Below are positions 61,895-64,000 of a DNA stretch of 64,000 nucleotides, piece by piece (position 1 is the first letter of the stretch; every line of letters begins with the position of its first letter). The translations under genes and the position numbers were made by a program. The stretch covers positions 80,765,072 to 80,829,071 of the forward strand of contig NC_052154.1 in assembly GCF_902713615.1 (NCBI RefSeq). Reading direction: 5' to 3'. The notes beneath the pieces are model-generated. The model worked only from the letters and a program-made list of their open reading frames with translations, was not told where the DNA came from and searched no databases. This stretch comes from Scyliorhinus canicula. Its lineage: Eukaryota.

Positions 61895-62346
61895 GTAAGT
61901 GAGCGGAATGGCGGGGAACATCAGACACTCTATGGTGTCATGTTCTTTTGTACCGCATTTGATGTTATAAAACATGGTGCACAACGTCAAGTTATGCAGC
62001 AGAACGTGATATTTAATTCGCTGTGTTATTCCAAACTGCTGGAAATACTGAGCAATTCAGGGAATGTCTGTGGAGAGGGAGACAATGTTAAAGCCTCAGG
62101 CCTGTGACCTTTTCAGTGGTATATTACCGAATTCATTCAAAAGGCAATGTTTACATTAGATTTAATAGTTTGTGGGTGCTCCACCATAGATACCCCAGCC
62201 AGAGGAACCAACCTCGCCGTGTCTACCCTGGCAATCTTGTACATTCCAAAGAAATCACACCTCCGATTCTTCGAAATTCCTCACTCTCCACTTGTGGAAG
62301 CTTCCAGAAATTACTATAACTTTGCTCTTCTTATCAGTAAAAAGTC

Positions 62347-62425
62347 TTATAATACCAGGTTAAAGTCCAACAGGTCTGTTTCGAATCACTAGCTTTCGGA
62401 GCACAGCTCCTTCCTCAGATGTTGA
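62347..62425 (+). repeat. Penelope-like element tail fragment
   Basis: accaggttaaagtccaacaggtctgtttcgaatcactagctttcggagcacagctccttcctcag, a common shark PLE terminus. Confidence 0.5.
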
Positions 62426-62941
62426 AAAGGTGATCGTGGACTGATGCAGATATATGGTCAGAATGTCACCCAGCATTCAAGCATAACATCAAGTTTGCAA
62501 ACAATCTGGCTCACTACAGGCAGTTGCCTAAGAGAGGCGTGGAGTCTACGCTTAGGGATGAATTTTGATACAGAGACGTGTTTTCCGCTGACAGAGTGGT
62601 ATGTGTGGAAACCATTCACATAGTTAAACCCGGGCTTCATATAGAGGTGCAAGTTTTCATTGGAAGCTGTTCTCAGTTTCCAATGAAAACCGGAAAAAAA
62701 TCTATTTGTATCAATCGCGATGATTTTCAGCCCTTTATGGGGTTTGGTGTTTCGAAAGGTTCCGTGATGCTCGCTGGAGCATTTTATTGCGTGAAAGGCA
62801 CGATATAAATACTGTACAAGCTAATATTGTACAGAAACCTTTGGAAAATATTTTTAAACCCTTGTTTTTTGTTGGTCATGCTGCAGTTGAGTTCAAAAGC
62901 TGCCGAACGTTCACAACGAAACCTATTTTGGAACAAACGGA

Positions 62942-62962
62942 CACAGGATGTCAAACGTCATT
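62942..62962 (+). promoter_or_regulatory. Conserved promoter element (cassette 2)
   Basis: Identical to 61205-61225. Confidence 0.65.
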
Positions 62963-63057
62963 GCGCTGGTTTTCAGATTAAATATTCAGCAGACACTTAA
63001 CATAGCGGCAAACTCACGGCCAGTGCGGTCAGACATCAGCTGAACCTTTATCCGGGA

Positions 63058-63118
63058 ATGTTGTCGCGTGTGACCCCTGTGTTCATATTCCTGTTTCTCC
63101 CGAGGATCATTTCAACAG
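63058..63118 (+). CDS. Cassette 2 leader exon
   Basis: MLSRVTPVFIFLFLPRIIST, phase-1 donor intact. Confidence 0.85.
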
Positions 63119-63310
63119 GTATCTGGATATTCTCTACCCTAGATGTCTTATTAAAAAATAAATATTTCGGAGTTCTCACGGCAATTGAACCAAATATAGT
63201 TCGTCCGTCAAAATCTCTTTTGCATTTCCATGCATTATTATGTTCTAAAGTCTCTAGTTTCTCATTGAATACAATTAATTAATAAAAACCTTAAATATAT
63301 TTGATAACAG

Positions 63311-63631
63311 GCGCTCCAGCAACTTCGATCAGCGTGTCTCAAAGTCCCAAACAGGTATCTATATTAAGGGGGACAAACATCACCTTCTACTGCATAATCC
63401 CACTTTCTCATGATAATGTCGGGGTCGAAGTGCGTTGGTGGAAACAAGGTGAGAATAAATATCTCGCAAATGGAGTCGATGGAAGAAAACGATTTGATCT
63501 CAAAAGCAAAGGAGGTGGTTTATTTGAGCTGCGAAACGCTACTCTCCAGGACTCAGGAACCTATCACTGCGGAGTGATCCGTGACGGAAAATATAGTGGA
63601 AATGGGACAGGATCCAGTTTAACTGTTTGGG
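63311..63631 (+). CDS. Cassette 2 germline-joined VJ-type Ig exon
   Basis: Differs from cassette 1 by 3 synonymous changes and one V>L change. Splice sites intact. Confidence 0.93.
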
Positions 63632-64000
63632 GTAAGTGAGCGGAATGGCGGGGAACATCAGACACTCTATGGTGTCATGTTCTTTTGTACCGCATTTGAT
63701 GTTATAAAACATGGTGCACAACGTCAAGTTATGCAGCAGAACGTGATATTTAATTCGCTGTGTTATTCCAAACTGCTGGAAATACTGAGCAATTCAGGGA
63801 ATGTCTGTGGAGAGGGAGACAATGTTAAAGCCTCAGGCCTGTGACCTTTTCAGTGGTATATTACCGAATTCATTCAAAAGGCAATGTTTACATCAGATTT
63901 AATAGTTTGTGGGTGCTCCACCATAGACACCCCAGCCAGAGGAACCAACCTCGCCGTGTCTACCCTGGCAATCTTGTACATTCCAAAGAAATCACACCTC

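Larger units (their letters stand above)
60703..64000 (+). repeat. Tandem 1737-bp leader-VJ cassettes (unit 1 60703-62439; unit 2 62440 to window edge)
   Basis: Constant offset of 1737 with scattered substitutions between units. Confidence 0.97.

Overview
Vertebrate genomic DNA, almost certainly from a cartilaginous fish (shark). This is inferred from HE1-like and Deu-like SINEs, abundant CR1 and fish-type L1 LINEs, and Penelope-type tails. Most of the window is retroelement debris: a young, apparently intact L1 at the left edge, nested hAT/L1 insertions, and a near-perfect 5.9-kb tandem duplication at 26064-37873. Embedded in it is a cluster of non-rearranging antigen-receptor-like IgSF genes on the + strand. 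One complete gene has four exons: leader, germline-joined VJ domain, C1-set domain and an Arg-containing TM with a short tail (40903-43526). A tandem array of 1737-bp units starting at 60703 runs off the window; each unit carries its own promoter element, leader and VJ exon but no recognisable C or TM exon. The V domains look like the NCR3/NKp30 family, but no database search could be run, so no gene symbol is assigned. A 5'-truncated SMDT1/EMRE copy lies at about 25 kb. Exon coordinates were read base by base; repeat boundaries are approximate.
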